DNA of 64,000 bases from Octopus sinensis (taxonomy: Eukaryota). The first letter of the stretch is position 1; every line of letters starts with the position of its first letter. Location: contig NC_043000.1 of the NCBI RefSeq assembly GCF_006345805.1, positions 125,364,001 to 125,428,000 on the forward strand, written 5' to 3'. Positions 13,628-25,777 of the stretch are shown here, piece by piece. Made by a program: the position numbers and the translations under genes. The notes beneath the pieces were generated by a model. That model was given only the letters and a program-made list of their open reading frames with translations, did not search any database and was not told the DNA's origin.

Positions 13628-13910
13628 TACAGGTTTGGTGATGCAAATGGGGAAAATGGAACTGAAAACGTGTGTAATATTTTGATACAAACTTCAGTGC
13701 CAACACATGAAACTCTCAGTCCTTGAATTATTCTGTTGCTTTTACTAAATATTTGTAAAAATATATATTACAAGTTTGGTGATACAAACAGAAAATAGAA
13801 CTCAATGTGTGTGTAATATTTTATTTTAATACAAGCTTAGGTGCTAACGCATGAAACTCTTGGCCCTTGAGTTACTCTGTCACTTCTGCTAAATGTTAAT
13901 AAAAATATAA
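13628..13910. repeat. Diverged local tandem duplication, period 141 bp
   Basis: tacaggtttggtgatgcaaat... (13628) versus tacaagtttggtgatacaaac... (13769). Colinear through catgaaactct and aaaatata. Confidence 0.8.
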
Positions 13911-14294
13911 TTATTTGATATCAGTCTTTTGTGGTACATCTGTCACTGATACTTCTCAAAAAAATTTACTATTGAATATAAGAGGAATTAAGGTTTAAAA
14001 GAAACTTACCCAAACATTCGGAGATTAGTTTGTTACTAATTCTGTGTTCTACTTTTGGAAGTAGACATTTCTAAAAGATTCCCTAAAGAAATAACTGCAA
14101 CAAATATGGTTTGAAATGAAATTTTCTTTAAGATGTTCATTTGGTAAATCTATCAAAATACTAATTAGATGTGACAGTAATGAAATTATTGTAGATTAGT
14201 TGAGAATAGTTTTTCTTAGTCAAAACTGAATTTTAAAAAATTAAATTTTCTTAAGAAATTGGAAAGAAGGTTTAACATGTTCTTTCATATAGAA

Positions 14295-14580
14295 AGGAGC
14301 ACTCCGTTGGTTACAACGATGAGGGGCCTAGCTGATACGATTAACGTGCAAGTAGCTGAGCACACCACAGACAGATGTACTCTTAATGTAGTTATGAGGA
14401 AGATTCAGTGTGACAAGGCTGGCCCTTTGAATTACAGGTACTACTCATTTTTGGCAGCTCAGTGGACTGGAGCAACGTGAAATAGTGTCTTGCTCAAGGA
14501 CACATGTTACCAGGAAATGATCTCATGACCTTACGATTGTGAGACAAATACCCTAGCCACTAAACTACATGCCTTCAAGT
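14295..14580 (-). mobile_element. tRNA-derived SINE family C
   Basis: ggagcactccgttggttacaacgatgagg...gtgtcttgctcaaggacac...ccactaaactacatgcc, with a tRNA-like head at the right end. Confidence 0.75.
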
Positions 14581-14589
14581 CCTCATATA

Positions 14590-15015
14590 TGTGTAGGCAT
14601 GACAGTAGTTAAAAAGTATGCTTTGCAATGGAATGATTTCAATTTCAGTCCCACTGTATGGTACCTTGAGCAATCTCTTGTGAGTTGATTTGGTGGATGG
14701 AAACTGTATGGAAGCCCATATGTTTTTCTGCGTGGTTTGATCCTCTGGCTCCTGTTGAACTATACAACCCATGCCTGCATGGAAAAGGATATTAAATGGT
14801 GGTGATAGTGAATTTATATTGTGTGTATATGTCCTTGTTTATCCCTTCCACTTCTTGTTTATCCCTCCCACTTTTGGTGTTGGTTTGTTTATGACCCTAT
14901 AACTTAGCAGCTCAGCAAAAGAGACTTGTAGAATAAGAACTGTAAGTTGATTTGATTGACTAAACCTTTCAAGGTGGTACCCCAGTATGGTGTACAACCT
15001 GAAACAAGTTAAAGA
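14590..15015 (+). mobile_element. SINE family A (degenerate)
   Basis: ttcagtcccactgtatggtaccttgagcaa...gatttggtggatggaaactg...ctgaaacaagttaaag. Confidence 0.75.
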
Positions 15016-15067
15016 ATGGGTAGTCTGTTTGTCATCAACATAAGTTTTCTATTTGTATCATTTGTCA

Positions 15068-15530
15068 TGTTTCGGTCATTTGACTGAAGCCATGCTGGGT
15101 CATCACCGCGAAATTTTAGTTGAATGAATCGATCCTTATACCTTTTTTTTTATTTATATTTTTAAAGGCTGGTACTTATTTTATCGGTTTCTTTTGCTGG
15201 ACCACTAGTTTGAGGATGTAAGCACACCAATACTTGTTGTCAAATGCTGGTGGACAAACGCACATGTGTGCATACACATGCATGTACATATGCACATACA
15301 CATGCATGTGCATGTACAAACACATGTACATGCGCAAGTATGCATGCAAGCATGTACACATTCAAGCATGTACACGCACGCACAGAAGTTTCTTTCGGAT
15401 TCCATCTACCAAATCCACTCACAAGGCTTTACTTTGCCTGAGGCTATAGTAGAAAACACTTGCCCAAAGTGCCACACAGTGGGACTGAACCCAGAACCAT
15501 GTGGTTGGGAAGCAAATGTCTTACCACACA
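15068..15530 (-). mobile_element. SINE family A with expanded RY middle
   Basis: tttcggtcatttgactgaagccatgc...gggactgaacccagaaccatgtggttgggaagc. Confidence 0.8.
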
Positions 15531-16242
15531 TTTTGTTTATAATGTGGTAATCTGTTTGGATATTGTGAGATTGTTAAGGGTTAATGATGGCTGGCTGAGG
15601 TGAGCACAATTCCTGTTTAATTAGAATTGTTGCTGGTTTGTAATTAGAAGAAAATATGTATAGGAAGAGAATTGAAGAATATAATTATGGTGAGGAAGTA
15701 TTAAACACAGTGTTTTGTCTGTGGACTTGGAAGGTCACTCAGTTTGGAAGCCATCAAGTGGAAAGGTACTTACATTTGGTGGCTTGGCAGACTGTAATGT
15801 TCAGATAAGTCTCAACGGTAGCATTAAAAAAATGTTTAATTTGTTAGTTGTTATTGAAAATTTATCATCAGCTATTTATGTAAATGTTTAATGGTTGCTT
15901 ACAAATAAATCTCTGGTTTTACTTAGCCAATTAAAATAATTTCAAAGACAAAAAGTAAAGGAAAGAAATTGATGGAATCGGTAAATAAAAAGTACAAATG
16001 TTCATATAGTTCAAAAGCATTAAAATATTAGCAATAATAAAGACAGACACAAATGGGAATTTTAACTTTGTTTGTTTTAATATCTTGAAAATTTAATTTC
16101 AATGTTTATCAAATTGAGTTTATAATAAACTAAAAACTTTTAGCTTCTAGAGCAATTTGATTTTATATGATTTATCATAGCTGTAGTTTTATAGTTTGCC
16201 TAAATTCAGTTTAATTACCTTTCTCATATCTTCCAAAATAAT

Positions 16243-16385
16243 ATTAATTTACTCTGAGGTTGACTTTGCCTTTCATCCTTTCAGGGTCGATAAATTAAGT
16301 ACCAGTTGCATATTGGGGTCGATCTAATTGACTGGCTCCTTCCCCCAAAATTTCGGGTCTTGTGCCTAGAGTAGAAAAGAATATT
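16243..16385 (+). mobile_element. SINE family B, 3' monomer
   Basis: gaggttgactttgcctttcatcctttcagggtcgataaattaagtaccagttg...gtgcctagagtagaaaaga. Confidence 0.8.
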
Positions 16386-18699
16386 AGCTTAAGCTTAATA
16401 TTCATTCTATTTTGGGATTTCATTTGATCTATCCATGTCTTAGTTACTGTTTTAGCTAGAAACTAGATGGTCTGTTGGCATAATAGTAAATAGCTAAAAT
16501 GGACTTGACCTGGCCTAGACTATCAAATTGACAAGCAATTTACAGTGCATATCTTGCCAAGTTCCCATTCATTCATTGTTCTGGAATCAATAAAGGCTCT
16601 ATAATGTACTAAGTTCTGTATATTGAGTAATCTTATCCATAAATATATTGTCAGTTACCTTAGTGGCAAGAATCTGCTGGTCAGGGGATGTTTCGTAACA
16701 TCTTGTGCTAATTGTTTCAACATTATCTTAGGTAAGCAATGCTTCATAATTCAAAGTATCCCCTAACAGGTTTAATTGTAGTAAGCTGGGCAGAAAGATA
16801 TAATTAGCTTCTTGCTCCTTTTAATGAAAAAGGTTTCACATAAAAGCTGCCCATGTTGGTGACACGTAAAAGGCATCCAATACACTGTAAAGTGGTTGGC
16901 ATCAGGAAGGGCATCTAACTGTAGAACCTCTCCGGCTTACCAGCTCTGATCAGTCTAACTCATGCCAGCATGGAAAATGGACAATAACTGATAATGCTGT
17001 TGATGTTGGTGTCCTGCACTTGTTGGAGTAAATTACCTTTTGATGATCTAAAATATAAAATTGAGTTGAATGTTATCTGCACATTTATAGAGAACTTGCA
17101 TATTTGCTTTTGTGAAGAATTCAGTATTTTGAAGTAGTAGTAATTTCAGATCTAAAGCCAATATATGAACATCTATAAAGGGAAATTATAAAGCTTGTTT
17201 TAGTCCATACATTGTTTCTGGTTGTGTGTACAATACCGAAACTTCCTTGTACATGGAGCTAAATTTCATTGACTGATTAGTCTTTATTAGTGTATGATTC
17301 CTGAATAATTTAGTGATAATAACTATTATTATAACATTGTTATTTGTTGCGATATTTTTAAATAGTATGGCTTGTGATATTTTGTCTAGTTAAGTAGAAA
17401 GGGGGTTAATAAAGTAAACGGTAAGATCTGAAAAAAGGAACAAAGGTCTATGTAGGTAATTAGTGGGTTAATGAAATGTACTGCCTGAAATGTTAGACTT
17501 TTCCTTCTCTTCATGACAAACTATTTCATTCCACTTTTGAACTGTTTGCAAACAGGTTAATGTATTTTAAGCTCCTGGTATGGTGCTTATTTTATTTCTG
17601 ATAAATACTTCAGCAAAATAGTTGGCAGCATTTACACTATTGTATTGAAACTATGTATTGTAATCTAGTGCTGGTTCCGCAATAAAGTGCAAAAGTGCAC
17701 CCAGTACACTCTGTGAAAGCAATTGGTGGTAGAAAGGACATCTGGCTGCAAGAACCAAGCTCTGAGTGAAATTTGTGAGATCTAGTCCTCTGACCTATCC
17801 AGGAGAGCAGTAAACTCTGAATAAAGACCAAGATGGATTGTAATGACTTGTCCAACCCATGCCATTTTTGAAAGTGAACATAAAATAAATTTGAAATAGC
17901 AGACAAAAAGAAAAAAGTATTAATTAAAAATGATCTAATGGAGAGAATTGTTCAATATATCCGAAAAGGTCTTAATTTTGTATCAGAAATTGGCCATTAT
18001 AATTCAAATCCTTTTCCCCATAAAAGCCAAAAGGAAATTCTGATCAAAAACAAAACAAAAATCATTAATCTATTAAACTCTCCTCCATCTACCCATCATC
18101 AGCATCATTACTGCCAGTTACTAACATGTAAATCAAATATTCCTCTCCAAAATGCAGTTTTCTCATTGTGTAATCAATCTCTGTGTCCAGGCTACAATAA
18201 AAGGTGGTGTCTATATTTATGTGGAATCTACTCTCCTTACCACTCTTCTAAAATATTTTTGTATACATTTATACAGTATATACAAATGTAGAACCGCACT
18301 AGATGCAGTGTTTGTTCCAAAGTAACTTCTAAAAGAAGCTTCTGTGTTTAAAAAAACTATACATTGGCTCAGTGTTTTAACACTATTTCAGTTGTGTATA
18401 ATTGATTTAATTTTAGCCCAGCCAGCTTTTGCACAAATTGGTGAATGTTTTCGTTAGAAATTTCTATATAAAAAAAAATATTTTAAACTCTGCTTAAAAT
18501 ATCCAAGGGTATTTGTCAATGGGAGACTAAACAAGGCTGAAACACTGTTTAAAAATCTGCTGATGACATTCTGAGCAAGATCTGCATTCTTAATAGGCAA
18601 GTCTCTTTGAGAAGTTTCTCAGACACAAAATATTACAGCAAGTGTCATTCTACATTCGTATGTAAACATTTTAATCTTATGCAATTTCAAGGGCATATA

Positions 18700-19250
18700 T
18701 TGATTTAACAGAACTTCTAGTTATTCTGGCTCAATGTCTTCCCCATTCATCTAAGTTCATCTGCTGTTTCTACTGCTATCCAAACAGCTCTTTATCTATT
18801 GTTCCATTTTGAGGATAATTATCTGAACTCAGTTCTCTAAAACACTTACCCTCAGTGACATCAATTTAAGCCTCTCTCGGTTCCCACACTGTTCTTTCAT
18901 ATATGGCTGATAGTGTAGAGACCAGTTCCCCCACCCCCACAACCAATCTTTTGAGCTGTCTGCATCTATTAAATTTTAAAAAAAATATAACCATATTTAT
19001 GACCGACATTAACTCTTTAAGCACTCTTGACCTCTTTCTCCTCTTCAGACCTATCTTAGATCTAGATATTGTTTCTGGTCCACTGTCTAGCCAAGACAAC
19101 CCACTCCACACCTTCCTATTGCACAGCAACCTCTCTCTAAAACCCTGTTGGTATTTAGAATCAGGTAACCTATTTCATACATATACTATCTCTGGAAATA
19201 AAAGACCTTGTAAATCTCCTCCTTTGAGGATGTGAAAACTTAATTCTACT
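18700..19250 (+). mobile_element. LINE apurinic endonuclease relic (CR1/L2 group)
   Basis: ORF 18903-19235 includes NSLSTLDLFL...IVSGPLSSQDN, resembling the APE motif 'NTLDLFLT...PLGxSDH'. Confidence 0.55.
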
Positions 19251-19369
19251 TCAATGCACAAAAATACAATTGCTACACATATTAAAAATTCCTGCACTCC
19301 ATTTGCACTCAACATGAACAACACTAAACTAAAGTCCTCAGTCGAGAACTTTTGATTTCCTTATGTGCA

Positions 19370-19790
19370 AGTGCGGCTGTGTGGTTAAGTTCACTTCCCA
19401 ACCATTTGGTTTCGAGTTCAATTCTACTGCACAGTACCTTGGGAAAGTCTTTTACTTTATCCTCTGGCCAGCCAAAACCTTAAGTGGTCTTGGTTGATGG
19501 AAACTGAAAGAAGCTCATTGTGTGTACATGTGCATGCATGGGTGTGCGTGTATGTTTGTACTTCCTTTTCCGATATCACACATTTGTTGTAAATATGTGT
19601 TACTGTCACAGGCAGTGTCCTTTTGATTCTAGCCTGTCTTGAAATCGTGTCTGGCCAAAAGGAAATATTACTTGCTTGGAAACAGATGAGTTGGCAATAA
19701 AGGACATTCAGCTCTAGATCTGCCTGAATAAACTGTCTGACCCATGCAAATATTCCATAGGTAGATGTTAAGATGTTGATGATGATGACG
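19370..19790 (+). mobile_element. SINE family A, variant tail, inserted in the LINE relic
   Basis: gcggctgtgtggttaag...ggaaactgaaagaagc...ggaaacagatgag...agatgttaagatgttgatgatgatg. Confidence 0.75.
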
Positions 19791-19829
19791 ACCTCATCAC
19801 CAAATATACATTCCAAAGATTAAGACTTC

Positions 19830-20200
19830 ATCAGAAAACATAGGCCTTGATTAGTTGCTACTCTTTACAACACACAAGTGAACCTTATTGGAGTTCTGCT
19901 CTTGTATCTAAGATAGTACTGATAGAACAGACTTGTCACAGACCATCTTAGACCTTATGCGGAAGGACTGATTGGCAGAGAGTTACCCACTAACACATTA
20001 CAAACAACCTGCCCACATAGTTCTTCTTTCCATTCCGTCTCCCATTACTATAACAAGTGATGCTATTTTGAACTTGTAACTTGCATTCCATCTCTCCCCT
20101 CGCCTATACAATGCACCTGTTTCTCTTTCTCCTCTTCATCATCCAGACTGTTTTAACTAATTTCCTTCACTAATACTTCATTCCTTCCTGAAGCTGTAGT
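19830..20200 (+). mobile_element. CR1/L2-group LINE ORF2 3' relic
   Basis: Translates HYYNK*CYFELVTCIPSLP, resembling 'RYYxGxCSxELxxxIPP'. Same family as 1-200 and 41975-42500. Confidence 0.5.
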
Positions 20201-20864
20201 TTTCTGTAATTCTCTTTGCATGTTTCTTTTTTTTTTTTTTTCTACAGGTGTCAAACTGAACATCTATTACATCAGAGGGGAGGGGCATACAAATATAATG
20301 AGCACAGCTCTTCCCCTTCAAAGAAAAAGTGAAAAAAAAAAATTAAATAAAAAGAATAATAGTATTCTTGGCACAATCAGTAGCATGCTGAACTAAATAC
20401 TTTTGCATGAAATATGCTGTCTGTTATCATTCTGGGATTATTTCCCCCTTGCATTGAGTTTGCTGTTGAATCCTCTGGGGTTGATAAATTAAGGTAACAT
20501 GGAAGAAACAAGGGATTGAGTTAAACAAGGGATTGAGTTAGCTATCTCCCACTTATGTAAATTTATACTGTGTTCTTAAAATGAAATGGCGATTGATATG
20601 GTAATGTATTCAAGGCTGTTTACAAATGTAAATGGACTGAAATTTCTTTAGCAATCAACAGAATCCAATGATCTTTTGACATTAATATAACAACATACTG
20701 AGGCATTATTAATTCTGTGGATATTAGGTCTGTGAATTTAGCAAAAAGGGGTAAAATGCTGCACTATATAGCTTATCTTTTTCTGTCTCTGTCATAAGCT
20801 GGAAACCTACTAGAGGTTGACTTTTAGCTTGCTCCTCTCCACAGCAACAATCAACAAGCATTCA

Positions 20865-21050
20865 GATTATTCTGTCAGATGTAATCCTTATTGTTTTGAA
20901 TTAATCATGCATTGTCTCATGGCTTTGAGATTTCAATGATGTAATTGTTTATTTTTAGAATGACATTGTAGGGTAGGTGTGAGAGGCTGGATCTGGCTGG
21001 TTTGACCATAAAACAGGTAAAACATTTGGCCTGATATGACTACTTTATAG
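20865..21050. mobile_element. Internal part of the piggyBac-type MITE
   Basis: ttcagattattctgtc...gacattgtagggtaggtgtgagaggc, shared with 7206-7810. Confidence 0.7.
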
Positions 21051-21618
21051 CAAGTGGAGGGGTTAATCTTGTAGGTTCCATGACAGTCTTTTCCATTTTT
21101 TTTTTCTTATTCTCTCCTCAAAAACACCGTTGGCCTCATTTCTCCCTTCAGCTTTAGCCATTCTGTTCTTGGCCTTCCCCTTTCTCTATTTCCTTCCAGT
21201 TTCATTTCCGTCTTTCTTTTCCTCCTGTCCTGTTAATCCTTCTATTTGACCCAGTCATTTCATCCCATTTTTCTTCACAAAATCCCTCACTGACTCAATC
21301 AATATCATTCTCTGCAATTCATATGCCTTTCTCTCTTTATAAGTTGATAAAACCTGAACCACTAATATGCATTGTGTATATTCTTTCCAAAATTTGGTCT
21401 TGTCTCAGTCAAGAGATTATTATTGATATTGGTAGAAGCAATGACCTGGTTTACTGTATTATATTCCTTTTCTTGAGTTCAAATACTGCTGGGTTCCACT
21501 TAGCTTTCTAGTCTTCTGAGATGATAAAATAAGTCAAGCGTGGTGGTCAATATATATCTATTCTCTCACTTGAAGTTATTGCATGTACGTTAGAAATTAT
21601 TGTGATTTGAATGACACA

Positions 21619-22007
21619 GGCACAGGAGTAGCTGTGTGGTAAGTAGCTTGTTTACCCACCATATGGTTCCAGGTTCAGTCTCACTGTGTGGCACCTTAGG
21701 CAAGTGTCTTCTACTATAGCCTCGGGCTGACCAAAGCCTTGTGAGTGGATTTGGTAGACGGAAACTGAAAGAAGCCTGTCGTATGTATGTGTGTGTTTGT
21801 TTGTGTGTCTGTGTTTGTCCTCCAACATTGCTTGACAACCGATGGTGGTGTGTTTACGTCCCCGTAACTTAGTGGTTCGGGGGAAAAGAGACTGATAGAA
21901 TAAGAACTAGGCTTACAAAGAATAAGTCTTGGGGTCGATTTGCTCGACTAAAGGCGGTGCTCCAGCATGGCCACAGTCAAATGACTGAAATGAGTAAAAG
22001 AGTAAAA
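21619..22007 (+). mobile_element. Full-length young tRNA-derived SINE family A
   Basis: Pol III-type head (gctgtgtggtaag; ggttcagtc), core ggatttggtagacggaaactgaaagaagcc, (GT)n, tail gagtaaaagagtaaaa. CpGs retained. Confidence 0.9.
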
Positions 22008-22944
22008 TGGAGGCAAATACCATGGCAAGATTTATAAGTTCTTAGCTGTGGTCATTTTAATTCCACATACTGCAAGTATCTTGGGAGTGCCATGAGTTTT
22101 ATAAGAATGCCATTTCTCTTAGATTTTCAAAAGGAAAACCAAAAGTTGAGTCCATTGGATAGTGAGTAGAGAAAAGGGGATACATTATCCATCATCATCA
22201 TCTAATTCTTGGGTAGTAGAGGTCACCCTGGTGTAAGCATTTCATTATATTTCTGGTCCAAGGATTTGAATTTGGATTGTAGGGTTATTTGCTAAAAAAA
22301 AAACCACGCGATATTTTAACTGATCCTCTGCTGGTTCTTCTCACAACTACTTTGTAAATGTATTTTTCAAAAGCCAGCCTGTTTATGTTAGCAAGCATAA
22401 TGACCTGGATGTAAAGCCAAGTTGTAACAAACTATCATCCCATTGCTGATGAGTAAGAACAGTTGGAACTGTTTTTTTCTGTGTTACAAGTATATTGATT
22501 CCAGTACAATTCTCAGTATTTTGTCGGTTCCCTTCCGTAACTGGAGGTACTGAAAAATATATTCTGTAGAGCATTTTATGTAGCTTTTAATCTTTGATGA
22601 TAAATATCGTTAACTTTCGGTCAGCTTTGCTGGATGTCTATAATCAATAGCGTTCCATCCGCAACTGCTCCTACCCCAGTCATTGTGCATCCCAGACCAT
22701 ATTCAGTGCTTTTCGTAAAGACATTTGGATGTAATATATAAGGAATATAAGAAATATTTACCTCTATTTCTAGTAGATCAAGCAACCACAGAATCTTCAA
22801 TGGGTCATGGGTCAAAAGGTATTAACTATAGATAAATGGGATATTAACTGTTGAACCGCTATCATGTAATTTTATTAGTTGCTGATATATTAACCCATTA
22901 ACAGCCAGTGTTCTATTTTTGGGATGTATTAAATTTAACATAAA

Positions 22945-23215
22945 TGAGCACTGAGAGCACAAACCAACGTCCTCTCAACGGTTAGCCGGAGATGATTTTT
23001 AAAATGAGAATATCTGAAATAAACTTGACTGCTCTCACAAATGACACTACTAAAAAATGAGCCCAACTGCTCTCAGAAATTAAGTAAAAAAACTGGGAAA
23101 ATAATCCAGAATCCTTATTCGGTACCGGATCGATTCCAAAATTTAATCAGTACATGCCAGTCACAAAGCCAAACATCCCTGAAAGTTTCATCCAAATCCA
23201 TCCACTTCTTTCAAA
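22945..23215 (+). repeat. Unclassified interspersed repeat (possibly non-autonomous Helitron-like)
   Basis: CpG-containing block ending ccctgaaagtttcatccaaatccatcc, a motif I recall from invertebrate non-autonomous elements. Single copy in the window. Confidence 0.3.
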
Positions 23216-24569
23216 GTCCCTTTTTTTGTTTTTCACATTAACTTGTGTAGGTAGAACTATGCAAAATGCTAAAGAAATATAGCTATTTCTTGCAATACAG
23301 ATATCTAAAGCAAAATTTTTTTTTCAGGGGCCTTGAAATACTATAGATCCCCAATTTACTTTGTGTGGACCCCCAAAACTTTACATGAACCCTCAGGGGC
23401 CATATGGACCCCATTGAAAACCACAGCAATTAAGCTTCCCCTTATAGTTTTAAGCTATATGCAAACAAACTAGTGGAGACAAGAATACATTTATCAAAGG
23501 TTTATTACTTTACATACATCAGGGTTTAAGTCATAGGTTATTTTTGTTTAGTTCACTCAGATTCTTTTCACACTCTCTGTTGACCTTCTTTTGTTTTCCT
23601 CCTCCTACCAGGAGTCCCTTTTGTTTTGCTGCTGACCAACTTCCTAGCTAGCCTGCAGCAAAGGTTCTGTCTACAGTTCATCTGTCTGTCAGGAATCCTG
23701 CCCTACACCCTCTCTTTTGCTTCACTATTTCCTCTTCCTTTACACTTCTCTTTTTCCCCTCCTCTCTCACTTCTAATCTATTCCTTCAGTACCACCAGAA
23801 ATTATCTCCAATGGACAGTTTTGCTCTGAAATGTAAAGATCTTTTATTCTCCTCTATGGCAAATTAATTTAGTACATTTTTGAACTGTTTACAATCACTA
23901 ATTGCCAACACAGACTAACACCAGTTTCCCCAGTTCCTATTGTTTATTACATCACAAGTCATCTCAAGTAATAAATATCACTTAAGACAGGAATTGATCA
24001 ACGACCCACTTCCATTTGGCAATGATGTCAGCTCCCACTTTAGGTGTTGTTCAGGTGTATGTAAGTATGTATGTATGTGAGTGTGTGGCTGAATTGAAAC
24101 AGATGTGTGATGTTTACTTGGTGTTGCTTGCAAGTATTAAGAATGCAATAAATCTTTTTCTAGTTGTGTCATTGTAAATAATCAATAGCAACCACGATTA
24201 GAAACAATTTAAACAAAACAAATGTAACATCTGCCATTGAAAACCTGATGCGCTAAATAATAACCACAAATGAGAAAGTATGTGGAATAATGAAATGACA
24301 TGTATTAAAACGTGACCTACATGTTTGTCGTCCTTTCAGTTTCGGTCAAACTTGGTTGCTTAAACTGCTGACTAGAAGTGTTCAATCTGTGACAGCGCTG
24401 TCCATTTATTTTATCTCTCTTCAGACCAAGTGTGTCTAGGACTATATTACTCAATGTATTTTTGTCCTTTTAGTAGATAGTGTGGTATAGGAAAATTTCC
24501 AGCAAGTTAAGCACCCACATAACTAGATTTCTGTCTCCTAAAATGATTTACAGGAATCCTCGTTTATGA

Positions 24570-24915
24570 CATAGGCATGGTTGTGAGGTTAAACACGCTT
24601 TGCAACCACATGGTTTCAGGTTCAGTCCCACTGCTCTTACCTTGAACAAGTGTCTGCCAGAGACCTGGGCCATCCAATGCCTTCTAAGCGGATCTAGTAG
24701 ATGAGAACTCTGGAAGCCTGTGGTGTTGCATTGGGTCACAACACAACCACTTGAGAACCAGTGTAGGTTTATGTTCTTGTAACTTAATGGCTTGGCAAAA
24801 TAAATAGATATCAGATTTAAAAATAAGCCCTGGGGTCAATTTGTTCAACTAAAACTCTGAAAGGCAGTGCTCCCAGCATGATTGTAGTCCAATCCCTAAA
24901 ACATATCAAAGAAAA
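24570..24915 (+). mobile_element. SINE family A (degenerate)
   Basis: caaccacatggtttcaggttcagtcccactgc...cagtgctcccagcatg. Confidence 0.75.
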
Positions 24916-24944
24916 AAAATATATCAATTACCAAATAAGTACAG

Positions 24945-25550
24945 GTGTGGCTGTATGGTAATAAGCTTGCTTCCCAACCACATGGTTCTGGGTTCTGCAT
25001 GGTAGCTTGGGCAAGTGTATCCTATAGCGTCAGGCTGACCAAAGCCTTGCGACAGCCATGACTGGGTTCTTCTGCTTGTGTGGCATGGTGCAGAGTCCTG
25101 TTGCCAGACATAGGGTCTTTTAGCAGCCACCTTATTGACTCAGGGCAGCACTACCTCCTCCAGGCACTTGATGTAGTCCTCCGTGTTGAGTGTGAGGCTG
25201 TGTGGGAAGATGAATGAGGCATAACGTTGCCATCATAGTGATCATTCCAAACACCATAATGTTGACTGGATGTTTGATTTTTATCACTCTCAGTAAAAGT
25301 ATAAGATGGCATCAATTTATCCATCACACACTGTGTGTGTGTGTGTTTGTATGTGTTTGTCCCTCCCCATCACTTGACAACCAATGTTGGTGTGTTTACA
25401 TCCCCATAGCTTAATAGTTTGGTAAAAGAGACCGATAGGATAAGTACTAGGCTTACAAAGAATGTCCTGGGGTCAATTTTGTTTGGCTAAAACCTCTGAA
25501 GGTGGTGCTCCAGCATGGCCACAGTTAAATGACCGAAGCAAGTAAAACAA
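24945..25550 (+). mobile_element. SINE family A interrupted by a transposase fragment
   Basis: Head 24945-25030 and tail 25330-25550 flank the mariner segment. Confidence 0.75.
25040..25275 (-). mobile_element. Tc1/mariner (DD37D/maT-like) transposase catalytic fragment
   Basis: Minus strand, with frameshifts: KHPVNIMVFG...FIFPHSLTLNTEDYIKCLEEVVLP*VNKVAAKRPYVWQQDSAPCHTSRRTQSWLS. Contains the WQQDSAPCH second-Asp motif. Confidence 0.85.
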
Positions 25551-25564
25551 AGGAAAATGTATAT

Positions 25565-25777
25565 TTCTTTATTCCTCACAAGGGGCTAGACATAGATTGG
25601 ACAAACAAGGACAGACAAAGGGATTAAGTCGATTACATCGTCCCCAGTGCATAGCATAACTGGTACTTATTTAATCAACCTTGAAAGGTTGGAATTTGAA
25701 CTCGGAACGTAGTAGCAGATGAATTACCGCTAAGCATTTCACCTGGTGTGCCAACAATTCTGCCAGCTTGCCGCCTT
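25565..25777 (-). mobile_element. SINE family B
   Basis: Reverse complement of 28577-28809. Confidence 0.85.

Noticed and set aside
15176-15550. Cluster of His/Cys/Met-rich ORFs
   Set aside because: Products of the RY microsatellite inside a SINE. The same applies to 26729-27101 and 60840-61090.
20247-20330. Acceptor followed by open frame GVKLNIYYIRGEGHTN
   Set aside because: No convincing donor and no similarity to the kinesin N-terminus.
24325-24380. tgaccgaaac hairpin resembling the stem II/GAAA half of a hammerhead (minus strand)
   Set aside because: No CUGANGA-like segment and no stem I.
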